This document shows, piece after piece, positions 1-20,086 of a stretch of DNA of 64,000 bases. The stretch is from the NCBI GenBank assembly GCA_001244265.2, contig CDLV01000018.1, forward strand, positions 1 to 64,000, in the 5' to 3' direction. The position numbers were made by a program, and so were the translations under genes. Within the stretch, counting starts at the first letter, position 1, and the number at the start of each line of letters is the position of its first letter. The stretch comes from Microbotryum violaceum (lineage: Eukaryota). Under the pieces are notes generated by a model that did no database searches, had not been told where the DNA came from, and saw nothing but the letters and a program-made list of their open reading frames with translations.

Positions 1-3
1 TAC

Positions 4-358
4 TGTGACAAGTCCACTCTCAGCTCGGCAGAGGCGCCTCGGTCGGTGCGCGCACCCGCTAGCCCGCCCCCCTGCGCTGGGGACTTAGACGCGCCGGGTG
101 GATCCGTGCGCTGCCCACTAGGCCGCCCCCTTGCGGTGGGGACTTAGGCGCGCGCGACTGCCTTAGCGCGCTAGCAACTTCACGCCGCGACTGGCCTATC
201 CCAGCGGGGTCCCCTTTCTATTTCTTAGTTCCCTCTCACCACTTCTGTTCAACAATCGACCTCTCCTGACAGTAGTGTGATTGTCTCATAGGTATGCTGA
301 AATAGACACACTTCTGTTCAAAATCGACTCTCCTGACAGTAGTGGTGATTGTCTCATA
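4..358 (+). repeat. 5' LTR of Copia A1
   Basis: Matches 4896-5280 apart from several small deletions; terminal ~55-bp unit present twice. Confidence 0.93.
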
Positions 359-370
359 GGTTATTCGCCC
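359..370 (+). promoter_or_regulatory. Primer binding site (copia/Ty5-type, tRNA-iMet anticodon-arm complement)
   Basis: GGTTATTCGCCC abuts the LTR end; 10/12 match to GGTTATGAGCCC. Confidence 0.8.
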
Positions 371-387
371 ATCGACCTACCGCTGGC

Positions 388-6729
<6,342 letters not shown>

Positions 6730-9204
6730 ACCCCACCACGCCTTCGTCCCCCAGGGACCCCAACCCTCTTGCGTCTTCGATCACCGATCAACTCGCTACC
6801 CTGCAGGCCCAGCTCGCCGCCCTGCAGGCCTCGCAGCCCCCTGCCGCCACCGCCTCGCAGCCCCTGCCGCCCCCGCCTCTGCCGCCGCTGCCTCGCAGCC
6901 CACTGCCGCCGCCGCCGCCGCCACCACCGCATCAAAAGTCGTGTTTCCCAAGCACGCTCGCCTAGACGGCTCCAAGTCGTTCACGAACTGGTTACGCCAG
7001 CTCCGGCTCACGCTTCCGAATCAGATTCGTGGTTACGTCCTTGATGGAGTCGTTCCCCCGACGTGGACGGCCGACCAGCTGGCCGCTCGTGACGACGCCG
7101 CGCGGGAAATTATCGTCGGCTCGATCGACTCCGCCGACGTCTCGGCAACCCTCGACGCCATCCCAAGCGACGACCTGTCGGCGCCACGCATCTTCACCGC
7201 TCTCAAGGCTCGTTTTGCACCGGACAATGCTACCCGCACCCTCGAGTTGTTCGCCCGCCTTTGGGATTTCAGGAAGATGCCTGCCTCCGTCGAGGCATAT
7301 GACACCTGGCTGCGCGAGTACATGTCCATTGTACAAGAAATTCGCGACGCCAAAACTTCGCTCAACGACGTACTCGCCACTCACGTGCTTGCCATGGTCC
7401 CATCATGCCTCGACAGCTTCTGACTCACGTTCACGGACGAGCAACGCAACCAACGCGACCTTCCCGAGCTGACGACGCTGACCGACCGCATTCGCGTCCA
7501 ACTTCGTTCGGCGGGGCTCTCCACCTCGCACTCGGCCATGCTCGCTACCGCCTCCCATGCCCCGCCTGCCGCGCCCCCGGTCACCGCCTTCGTGACTGCA
7601 CCTCACGCGCTCAACACCCCCCACCGGCCCCTGCCGTCGCTGCCACAAGAAGGGTCACTGGGCCCTCGACTGCAAACCGCGAGGCGACCAAAACCGAACC
7701 GGCGACAACAACCAGGACAACACACCCTCATCGGCGGCTCAACAACCGAATGTCGGCTATTTCGCCTCCTGCCTGCTTGCTCGCCGCCATCTCCCGACCG
7801 ACGCCTTCGTCGTTGACTCGGGCGCCACGACTCACATGGTCGCCGACCGCTCCCTGTTCACGACTTATCGTCCAACGGCACACACCAAGATTGGCGGCAT
7901 TGCCGGCGGTGTCACGGCCATTGGCATGGGGATGTACCGTTTGTTGCCAACACCGGACACCCGATCATGTTGCGCGGCGTTCTGCACGCGCCGGGCCTTC
8001 ACGTCAACCTTCTCTCCGTCTCTCGCCTTTGTGACACCGACCGCGTTCGGCTTGCCTTCACCAGCGACAGCATCGACATCACCAAGGACGGCCAGGCCAT
8101 CGCTCACGGTACACGGGTTAACGACGGTCTCTACCTCCTGGACGCGGACCACACCAAATGTCAGCAGCTTGCCTTTCTCTCACGCTCTGAGTCTACCGTG
8201 CCCCTACTTACCCTCCACCGCTGCCTCGGCCACCTTGCTCCATCCTCTATACAGAAGATGATCGCTGCGGGTTTGCTGGACGGGTTTGGGGCCGGGTACA
8301 GTGACAAAGACGTAGAAGAGTTTGTTTGCAATGCTTGCCTTGGTTCCAAAGGCCATCGTCTTCCTTTTCCCGACTCAGAGTCACATTCCCCAAGAGACTT
8401 GGTCTCGTGCACAGCGATGTCCTGTCGTTTCCCACTCCGTCCTTGACCGGGAAACGCTATCTTGTCACCTTCCTTGACGACCACTCTCGCAAACTTTGGG
8501 CATACGCAATCGATCACAAAAGCGACGTCTTCCCGACCTTCCAGACTTGGCTCGCCGAAGTGGAGTTAGAAACGGACGCGCGTCTACAAATCCTCCGCAC
8601 CGACAACGGCGGCGAATACCGATCCAACGCGTTCACGGAGTTCTGCCAGTCCAGGGGCATTCGTTGCCAATACTCTATTCCATATACGCCTCAGCAAAAC
8701 GGCCGTGCCGAACGTGTCAACCTCTCCATCGTCGAGGGCGTCCTCGCCCTCCTTGCTGACTCCCACCTGCCGGCCACTTTTTGGGATGAAGCGGCTGCAT
8801 ACTTCGTTTATTGCAAAAACAGGTGCTCACACTCAGCTTTGGCCAAACAGACTCCACAATTCGTTTGGAACGGCCAACGCACCACGACCACCGCCCTTCA
8901 CCCGTTCGGCTGCGCGGCCTGGCTCACGGTCGCGCCGGACCTTCGCAGCAAGCTCGACCCCAAGGCCGCGCGCGTGATTTTTACTGGTTACGACCTCGCT
9001 TCCAAGGCTTTCCGGTTCTTCGACCATTCCACCAACAGGGTTGTGCTTGGCCGAAATGCCACCTTCCTCGACGACGACTTCCCTGGCCTACCAGTCAACA
9101 CGCCCGTCGATGCGGACGACGCCGAACGCCAGTTTGTCATTCACGCCAACACGCACGCCACCGCCGCCACACCCGCTCCCGCCGTCAAGACGAGGACCCC
9201 ACTA

Positions 9205-9310
9205 GTAAGGTCGGCGCACATGGACGTCTCATCCCCTCTTGATGATTCTGCCATGAGCGCCGTTGACGTGGCCCCAGGGTACACTGGCGGATCCTTACTT
9301 AATTCTACAG
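9205..9310 (+). other. Conserved structured intron-like element (copy 2, family B)
   Basis: GTAAGG...CTACAG, 106 nt; differs from the family A copy 1 at only two positions I could see. Confidence 0.7.
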
Positions 9311-9407
9311 ATACCAGCCCCTCGTCGTCTCCGTCGCTCGCCCCGATTTCGTCTCCCGCCCCGTCCTCAGGGGGGTACCGTCCATCGAGGACTCGGATGA
9401 TCCGCTT

Positions 9408-9582
9408 TGTGATGTTGTCACGCCTGCTCAAGCGGTGGTAAGTCTCTGATCGAAGGACCAAGGGAGACCAGACCAAGAAGTTGCTTGTTACACACCTGCT
9501 CAAGCACTACAGTAAGTTACCACATCTAGAGGGGTGAAAGATGATAGTAAGAGTAGTGCTCACCTGCTCAAGCGGTGGTAAG
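9408..9582 (-). mobile_element. 3' part of an LTR C
   Basis: Reverse complement of ~6358-6532. Confidence 0.88.
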
Positions 9583-9949
9583 TGTGAGATCAAATATCTC
9601 CTTCATGTCCTTCTTGTATCTTGTACCTACCTCAAAATCCTCCTCTCTTCGTTTTGATCACTTTTGGCCTACTTTTCACCACCTTAGCTCTCCCACTCTG
9701 GGCCTGGTCTCTGCACCTGGGCCAGGTCCGTGCGCCTGACTTTGGCTGGGCTGACTTGGGCCCAGCCAAATGGCCCCACTCTGGTTTCTCTCCTGCTCAA
9801 GCAACTTCTTGGTCTGGTCTCCCTTGGTCCTTCGATCAGAGACTTACCACCGCTTGAGCAGGTGTGTAACAAGCAACTTCTTGGTCTGGTCTCCCTTGGT
9901 CCTTCGATCAGAGACTTACCACCGCTTGAGCAGGCGTGACAACATCACA
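9583..9949 (+). mobile_element. LTR C lacking the 68-nt GT-AG segment
   Basis: Matches 6098-6532 except for exact loss of 6377-6444; flanks GTAAG and CTCCG do not form a TSD. Confidence 0.9.
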
Positions 9950-11113
9950 CTCCGGCTGCGTCGCTCGATCTACGGTCTTAAGCAGGCCGGTCGCATCTGG
10001 AATCGCCACATTGACACATTGCTCAGGAGTCTTGGGTACACGGCAACGGGCACTGATCACTGCATTTACTCTCGCGTTGATGATCAGAAGCAGCCCCATT
10101 ATATCGCATTATATGTCGACGATCTCCTCATTATCAGCCCCGCCCTCGACGAGATTGAGCGTGTCATCTCCGGCCTCGAACAGCGATACGGCGTCAAACA
10201 ACTCGGCCCTGCAGAATACATCCTCGGCATCCAGATTCGACGCCTGGAAGACGGCTCCATTGCTTTATCTCAGGAGCGCTACATCATGGACGTGCTTGCC
10301 CGCTTTCACTTCGACACCACAACGCGCGGCGCTACGGTGCCAATGACGCCCGGCCTCTCGCTCACGGCAGTACCGGGTCAGGGAACGGAACGCATTCGGT
10401 CGTGGTACCTGCAAGCCATCGGCTCCCTCCTATACATTTCACTCGGCACTTGCCCCGACATTGCCTTCGCCGTCTCGTACCTGTCCCGGTTCGCCAACAA
10501 CCCCGGCCGCCGCCATTGGGTCGCCGTCAAACACGTCCTTTGCTACCTTCGCGCTACGTACCGTGATGAGCTACTCTACGCCTGCGGTCCAACCAAGATT
10601 ACGGGGGTGGTTGGCTATTCCGATGCAAACTGGGGTGCCTGCGTTGACACGTCAATCTCCACAATGGGCTTCGTCTTTTACTTGGCCGGCTCCGCTGTCT
10701 CTTGGTCATCGAAGCGTCAGACTCGAATAGCAGATTCCACCACTGATGCCGAATACCTCGCCTTGTCGCACGCTGGTAAGGAGGCCATTTACCTCACACA
10801 ACTCCTCTCCGAGCTCCATGTTCGCCCGATCGATGCAGCCCACATCTTCACCGACAACGAGGCCGCGGCCGCCGTCGCTCACGACCCCGTTCGCACCTCC
10901 GGCACTCGGCACATCCGTCTCCGCGAGCACTTCGTCCGCGACATGGTCAACCAGGGCGATATATCCCTCTCCCACGTTGGCACAGCGAACATGGTTGCGG
11001 ACCTATTCACCAAAGCGCTAGGTCCCAAGATTTTTGGTACGCATTGCTATGCTCTGGGCCTCCGGACGCGACACCCACGGCTCAAGTCTACCTCGCGTTC
11101 GCGTGGGGGGGGG

Positions 11114-11447
11114 TGTGAGGAATCCACTCTCCGCTCGGCTCAGGACTTAGGCGCGCAGAGCAAGCCTGGCGCACCGGCCCAGGACTTAGGCGCGCGCTTG
11201 CCTGGCGCACCGGCCCAGGACTTAGGCGCGCGGAACAAGCAAGGCGCATTGACTCAGGACTTAGGCGCGCGGAGCGAGCCAGGCGCACACAGCCCCAGGA
11301 CTTAGGCGCGCAGGGCGAGCCTGGGCCATTGGCTCAGCCCCAAGGTTCGCAGCCTGAGGACGTGAGGCGCGGCTCTCTTGTTGTTAGCTTCCTATTCATC
11401 ACTCTTGGCTATAACTACATCGCTGACGTAGTAGAGTTGATCGAATA
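11114..11447 (+). repeat. 3' LTR of Copia B1 (single terminal unit)
   Basis: TGTGAGGAATCC...GATCGAATA with tandem GACTTAGGCGCGC units. Confidence 0.92.
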
Positions 11448-12157
11448 CCGCCCCTGCCTGCGAGGTCCCTGACCAGGACTCGCTCGCACCCCCTGCCCCT
11501 GACCAAGGCTCCTCTGCTCGTGAGCTCCCTGACCCGGAATCACCTGCATCAAGCGCTTCTGACCAAGGTAGCTCTGACTCGGCCATCTCCACGCCTTGTC
11601 CTTATGAGACGATCACCACTACTGTCAGGAGAGGTTGATTGTTGAACAGAAGTGGTCTATTTCAGCATACCTATGAGACGATCACCACTACTGTCAGGAG
11701 AGGTTGATTGTTGAACAGAAGTGGTGAGAGGGAAGCTAAGAAACAGAAAGGGGACCCGCGCTGAGATAGGCCCAGTCGCGGGTGAAGTTGCTAGCGCGCT
11801 AAGGCAGTCGCGCGCGCCTAAGTCCCCACCGCAAGGGGGTGGCCTAGTGGGCACGCGCACGGATCCACCCGGCGCTGGCGCGCTGAGTCAGTCGCGCGCG
11901 TCTAAGTCCCCAGCGCAGGGGGCGGGCTAGCGGGTGCGCGCAACGACCGAGGCGCCTCTGCCGAGCTGAGAGTGGACTTGTCACCCCCCCCCCCCCCCCA
12001 CGCGAATGCGAGGCAGACCCAAGCCGTGGATGTCGAGTGCGCAAGCCGAGAGCATAGCAATGCATGGAAAAAATCTTTGGGCCAAGTGCCTTGGTAAAGA
12101 TGTCGGCCACCATGTTGCTTGTCCCCACGTGCGAAAGAGAAATCTCACCCCGATTCA

Positions 12158-13781
<1,624 letters not shown>

Positions 13782-14363
13782 GATTTCGCCGAGTGCGTGT
13801 GAAGAATCCACTCTCCGCTCGGCTCAGGACTTAGGCGCGCGGATCAAGCCGGGCGCATCGGCACAGGTCTTAGGCGCGCTGAGCGAGCCGGGCGCATCGG
13901 CAGAGGACTTAGGCGCGCGGAACGAGCCAGGCGCACCGGCTCAGGTCTTAGGCGCGCGGAGCGAGCTGGGCGCATCGGCAGAGGACTTAGGCGCGCGGAA
14001 CGGGCCAGGCGCACCGGCTCAGGACTTAGGCGCGCGGGCGCAGGACTTAGGCGCGCGGAGCGAGCCTGGGACTTAGGCGCGCCGGCTCAGGTCTTAGGCG
14101 CGCGGAGCGAGCCTGGGACTTAAGCGCAGGGAACGAGCCTGGCCCAAGGGTTAAGCCCAAGGGTCCCAGGCTGAGGACTTGAGGCGCGCGGCTCCCATAC
14201 TGTATGTTGTAATATTCATCACTCTTGGCTATAACTACATCGCTGACGTAGTAGAGTTGATCGAATAGGTTATAAGCCCAACGAGCTACCAGCCCGCCGC
14301 TCGCTCGCATTTTTCCTCGAGCCCAGCCACTCGAGCCGCCCACGTCCATCGCACCATCGCACA

Positions 14364-17300
14364 ATGGACAGCGACCCCACCACGCCTTCGTCCCCAGGGA
14401 CCCCAGCCCTCTTGCGTCTTCGATCAGCGATCAACTCGCTACCCTGCAGGCCCAGATCGCCGCCCTGCAGGCCTCGCAGCACCCTGCCGTCGCCGCCTCG
14501 CAGCCCCCTGCCGCCACCGCCTCGCAGCCCCCTGCCGCCACCGCCTCTACCGCCGCTGCCTCGCAGCCCACTGCCACTACCACCACCGCATCAAAAGTCG
14601 TCTTTCCCAAGCACGCTCGCCTAGATGGCTCCAAGTCATTCACAAACTGGTTGCGCCAACTCCGGCTCACGCTTCCAAATCAGATTCGTGGTTACGTCCT
14701 TGATGGAGTCGTTCCCCCGACGTGGACGGCAGACCAGCTGGCCGCTCGCGACGACGCCGCGCGGGAAATTATCGTCGGCTCGATCGACTCCGCCGACGTC
14801 TCCGCAACCCTCGATGCCATCCCAAGCGACGACCTGTCGGCGCCACGCATCTTCAACGCACTCAAGGCTCGTTTCGCACCGAACGACGCCACTCGCACTC
14901 TCGAATTATTCGCCCGCCTTTGGACTTTCGGAAGATGCCCGCCTCGGTCGAGGCCTATGACACCTGGCTGCGAGAATACATGGCCATCGCTCAAGAGATT
15001 CGCGACGCCAAGACATCACTGAACGACGTCCTCGCCACGCACATTCTCGCCATGGTACCGTCCTGTCTAGACAGCTTCCGTCTAACGTTCACGGACGAGC
15101 AGCGCGCCCAGCGCGAACTCCCGGAGCTCACGACTTTAACGGACCGTATCCGCGTTCAGCTCCGATCCGCCGGCCTCTCGACCTCGCATTCGGCCATGCT
15201 CGCCGACACCCCTCTTGCCCCGCCTGCCGCGCCCCCGCCACCGCCTGCGAGACTGCACTTCACGTGCAAAGCATCCGCCCACCGGCCCTTGCCGCCGCTG
15301 CCAAAAGCGAGGTCACTGGGCCCTCGACTGCAAGAACCGGGGTCAACAGACACGTACCAGCGACGACACCCAGGACGACTTGTCTTCTTCCACGGCTCAC
15401 CGACCGAACGTCGGCTATTTCGCCTCCTGCCTGTTTGCCCGCCGCCAACTCCCGACCGACGCCTTCGTCGTCGACTCGGGCGCGACGACTCACATGGTCG
15501 CCGACCGCTCCCTGTTCACGACTTATCGTCAAACGGCACACACCAAGATTGGCGCATTGCCGGCGGTATCACGGCCATTGGTATGGGGGATGTAGCGTTT
15601 GTTGCCAACACCGGACACCCGATCACGTTGCGCGTGTTCTGCACGCGCCGGGCCTTCACGTCAACCTTCTCTCCGTCTCTCGCCTTTGTGACACCGACCG
15701 CGTCCGACTCGCTTTCACCAGCGACAGCATCGACATCACCAAGGACGGCCAGGCCATCGCTCACGTACACGGGTTAACGACGGTCTCTACCTCCTGGACG
15801 CGGATCACACCAAATGTCAGCAGCTTGCCTTTCTCTCACGCTCTGAGTCTACCGTGCCCCTACTTACCCTCCACCGCTGCCTCGGCCATCTTGCTCCATC
15901 CTCTATACAGAAGATGATCGCTGTGGGTTTGCTGGACGGGTTTGGGGCCGGGTACAGTGACAAAGACGTAGAAGAGTTTGTTTGCAATGCTTGCCTTGGT
16001 TCCAAAGGCCATCGTCTTCCTTTTCCCGACTCGGAGTCACATTCCCCGAGAGACTTGGCCTCGTGCACAGCGATGTCCTGTCGTTCCCCACTCCGTCCTT
16101 GACCGGGAAACGCTATCTTGTCACCTTCCTTGACGACCACTCTCGCAAACTCTGGGCATACGCAATCGATCACAAAAGCGACGTCTTCCCGACCTTCCAG
16201 ACTTGGCTCGCCGAAGTGGAGTTAGAAACGAACGCGCGTTTACGGATCCTTCGCACCGACAACGGCGGCGAATACCGATCCAACGCGTTCACGGAGTTCT
16301 GCCAGTCCAGGGGCATTCGTCGCCAATACTCCATTCCATACACGCCTCAGCAAAACGGTCGTGCCGAACGTGTCAACCTCTCCATCGTCGAGGGCGTCCT
16401 CGCCCTCCTTGCCGACTCTCACCTGCCGGCCACCTTTTGGGACGAAGCGGCTGCATACTTCGTTTATTGCAAAAACAGGTGCTCACACTCAGCTTTGGCC
16501 AAACAGACCCCACAATTCGTTTGGAACGGCCAACGCACCACGGCCACCGCCCTTCACCCGTTCGGCTGCGCGGCCTGGCTCACAGTCGCGCCGGACCTTC
16601 GCAGCAAGCTCGACCCCAAGGCCGCGCGCGTGATTTTCACTGGTTACGACCTCGCCTCCAAGGCTTTCCGTTTCTTCGACCATTCCACCAACAAGGTTGT
16701 GCTTGGCCGAAATGCCACCTTCCTCGACGACGACTTCCCCGGCCTACCAGTCAGCACGCCCGTCGCTGCGGACGATGCCGAACGCCAGTTCATCATTCCC
16801 GCCGACACGCACGCCCCCGCCGACACGCACGCCCCGCCGACACGCCCGCCCCCGCCGTCAAGATGAGGACCCCACTAGTAAGGTCGGCGCACATGGACGT
16901 CTCATCCCCCTTGATGATTCTGCCATGAGCGCCGTTGACGTGGCCCCAGGGTACACTGGCGGATCCTTACTTAATTCTACAGATACCAGCCCCTCGTCGT
17001 CTCCGTCGTTCGCCCCGTTTTCGTCTCCCGCCACGTCCTCGGCCGGGGACCGTCCATCGATGACTCGGATGATCCGCTTGACCTCCTGAACTCCGACACC
17101 GCGGTTCGCCTCAACCTGATGGACGTACATCGATCCGACGACGACACCTCGGTGACACCCACGCCCGCCGCTGCCGCCTGGCAGCCCCCGATGACGACTC
17201 TCCTGATGAGATCGATTTCCTCTCTCGCCATCATCGCGCTTTCATCGCCACGGACGACGACGACCCCGCCCTCGAAGCCATTGAACCCGTCAAATCGATC

Positions 17301-18944
17301 ACTAGCGATCCCCAGACCTGGCGTGAAGCGATGTCCAGCGACGAGCACGACCTCTGGGCTCAAGCTGCCTCAGACGAGTTCACCGCCATGCGTGACGATT
17401 TCAAGGTGTTCACCATCGAGCCCCGCTCCTCAGTACCGCCGGGCGCCACCATCGTCACCTCCAAATTCGTCTGGAAGACCAAGCGCGATGCACAGGGTGA
17501 TATCACAGGGCGGAAGGCACGCCTTGTTGCACAGGGAAATCGCCAGCGCAACGGCATCGACTTCTCGGAGACGTTCGCACCCGTCGCCCGTTTCTCCTCC
17601 ATTCGCTGCCTTCTCGCCCTTGCCGCTGCCAATGGCTACCACGTTCATCAGGCCGACATCGACAAGGCTTACCTTCACGGCGAGCTCGATCACAATATCT
17701 GGATGACGACGCCACGAGGCTTCGACTTCCCGGGCGACAAGGTTCTCCGGCTGCGACGCTCGATCTACGGTCTTAAGCAGGCCGGTCGCATCTGGAATCG
17801 CCACATCGACACATCACTTCGAAGTCTTGGGTACAAGGCAACGGGCACTGATCACTGCATTTACTCTCGCATTGATGATCAGAAGCAGCCCCATTATATC
17901 GCATTGTATGTCGACGATCTCCTCATTGTCAGCCCCGCCCTCGACGAGATCGAGCGTGTCATCTACGGCCTCGAACAACGATACGGCGTCAAACGGCTCG
18001 GCCCCGCAGAATACATCCTCGGCATCCAGATTCGACGCCTGGAAGACGGCTCCATTGCTCTATCCCAGGAGCGCTACATCATGGACGTGCTCGCCCGCTT
18101 CCACTTCGACACCACAACACGCGGCGCTACGGTGCCAATGACGCCCGGCCTCTCGCTCACGGCTGTACCGGGTCAGGGAACGGAACGCATTCGGTCGTGG
18201 TACCTGCAAGCCATCGGCTCCCTCCTATACATTTCACTTGGCACTCGGCCCGACATTGCCTTCGCCGTCTCGTACCTGTCCCGGTTCGCCAACAACCCCG
18301 GCCGCCGCCATTGGATTGCCGTCAAACACGTCCTTCGCTACCTTCGCGCTACGTACCGCGATGAGCTACTCTACGCCTGTGGCCCCGCCAAAATTACGGG
18401 TGTGGTTGGCTATTCTGATGCGAACTGGGGTGCCTGCGTCGACACGTCCATCTCCACAATGGGCTTCGTCTTTTACTTGGCCGGCTCCGCCGTCTCTTGG
18501 TCATCGAAGCGTCAGACTCGGGTAGCAGATTCCACCACTGATGCCGAATACCTCGCCTTGTCGCATGCTGGTAAGGAAGCGATTTACCTTACGCAACTCC
18601 TCTCCGAGCTCCACGTTCGCCCGGTCGATGCAGCCCACATTTTCACCGACAACGAGGCCGCCGCCGCCGTCGCTCACGACCCCGTTCGCACTTCGGGCAC
18701 TCGACACATACGCCTCCGCGAGCACTTTGTCCGCGACATGGTCAACCAAGGCGAGATCTCTCTCTCACACGTCGGCACAGCGAACATGGTTGCAGACATA
18801 TTCACCAAGGCGCTAGGTCCCAAGATTTTCGGTGCACATTGCTATACTCTAGGTCTCCGGACGCGTCACCCACGGCTCAAGTCTACCTCGCGTTCGCGTG
18901 GGGGGGGTGTGAAGAATCCACTCTCCGCTCGGCTCAGGACTTAG
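14364..18944 (+). CDS. Copia B gag-pol polyprotein (frameshifted as assembled)
   Basis: ORF pieces with a zinc knuckle ([14 protein letters not shown]), DSGATTHM protease, integrase DDE, and a continuous RT-RH ORF at 17331-18944. Confidence 0.85.
16878..16982 (+). other. Conserved structured intron-like element (copy 3, family B)
   Basis: 105 nt; the 1-nt deletion lies in the predicted terminal loop. Confidence 0.68.
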
Positions 18945-19980
18945 GCGCGCGGATCAAGCCGGGCGCATCGGCACAGGTCTTAGGCGCGCTGAGCGAGCCG
19001 GGCGCATCGGCAGAGGACTTAGGCGCGCGGAACGAGCCAGGCGCACCGGCTCAGGTCTTAGGCGCGCGGAGCGAGCCGGGCGCATCGGCAGAGGACTTAG
19101 GCGCGCGGAACGGGCCAGGCGCACCGGCTCAGGACTTAGGCGCGCGGGCGCAGGACTTAGGCGCGCGGAGCGAGCCTGGGACTTAGGCGCGCCGGCTCAG
19201 GTCTTAGGCGCGCGGAGCGAGCCTGGGACTTAAGCGCAGGGAACGAGCCTGGCCCAAGGGTTAAGCCCAAGGGTCCCAGGCTGAGGACTTGAGGCGCGCG
19301 GCTCCCATACTGTATGTTGTAATATTCATCACTCTTGGCTATAACTACATCGCTGACGTAGTAGAGTTGATCGAATAGTGCGTTCCGTTTCGTTTTCCAG
19401 ACGAACTTGGACGTGACGATGGTCGCGCCCGTGGGTACCGTAGAGCGGTCCTCGATGGTGAAAACCTTGAAGTCGTCGCGCATGGAATTGAACTCGTCAT
19501 CGGCGGCCTTGGCCCACACTTCACGTTTGTCGCTCGACATTGCCTCGCGCCAGGTCTGTGGGTCGCTTGTGATGGACTTGACTGGCTGGATGGCCTCAGC
19601 GTCAGAGGTGTCGTCGTCGGTCGCGATGAAAGTGCGGTGGTGTCGGGTGAGGAAATTGATTTCGTCCGGCAATTCGTCACGAGAGTGGCGCCCAATGAGG
19701 TTGAGTTTGTCGGGCGACTCCTCAGCCGATGCGGGCTCGCGGAACGTGCTGAAGTCGGGGCGGTGCACGTCCGGTGGGTCGAGGCGAACCTGGGGCTGTG
19801 AGCTGATGAGGTCGAGAGGATCGGCGGAATATTCAGAGTCGGTTGGCAAGGCCGAGGGTGACGATGATGCAGGGAACGGCGGTGAGGGCGCAGGCGAGAG
19901 CGCAGGCGACGGCGACGAGGGCAGCTCAGGAGACGGTGAAGAGGACGGTGCAGGCGACGGTGACGAGGACGATTCGGCAT

Positions 19981-20086
19981 CTGTAGAATTAAGCAAGGTT
20001 CCGCCAGTGTACCCTGGGGCCACGTCAACGGCGCTCATGGCAGAATCATCAAGAGGGGATGAGACGTCCATGTGCGCCGACCTTAC
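19981..20086 (-). other. Conserved structured intron-like element (copy 4, family A)
   Basis: 106 nt; the variant ACCTTGCT still pairs with AGTAAGGT through a G-U wobble. Confidence 0.7.

Larger units (their letters stand above)
6730..11447 (+). mobile_element. Copia family B, copy B1 (no 5' LTR, internal deletion, in-frame stop in gag)
   Basis: Colinear with B2 (13798-19377); gag, PR, IN, RT and RH motifs; 3' LTR at 11114-11447 after the G-run PPT. Confidence 0.93.
13798..19377 (+). mobile_element. Copia family B, copy B2 (full length, young)
   Basis: 470-bp LTRs at 13798-14267 and 18908-19377 (one mismatch seen), PBS GGTTATAAGCCC at 14268-14279, G-run PPT, TSD GTGCG at 13793-13797 and 19378-19382. 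Confidence 0.98.

Noticed and set aside
13820-14190. Regularly spaced repeats resembling a CRISPR array or telomeric TTAGG repeats
   Set aside because: The spacers are homologous to each other, the array lies inside eukaryotic LTRs, no cas genes are present, and TTAGG is not tandem
14364-18944. Many frameshifts in Copia and LINE ORFs, considered as programmed frameshifting or decay
   Set aside because: They are nearly all 1-bp deletions, often in homopolymers, inside an element whose 470-bp LTRs differ at about one base. This is typical of long-read consensus error; short-read polishing is needed to decide.
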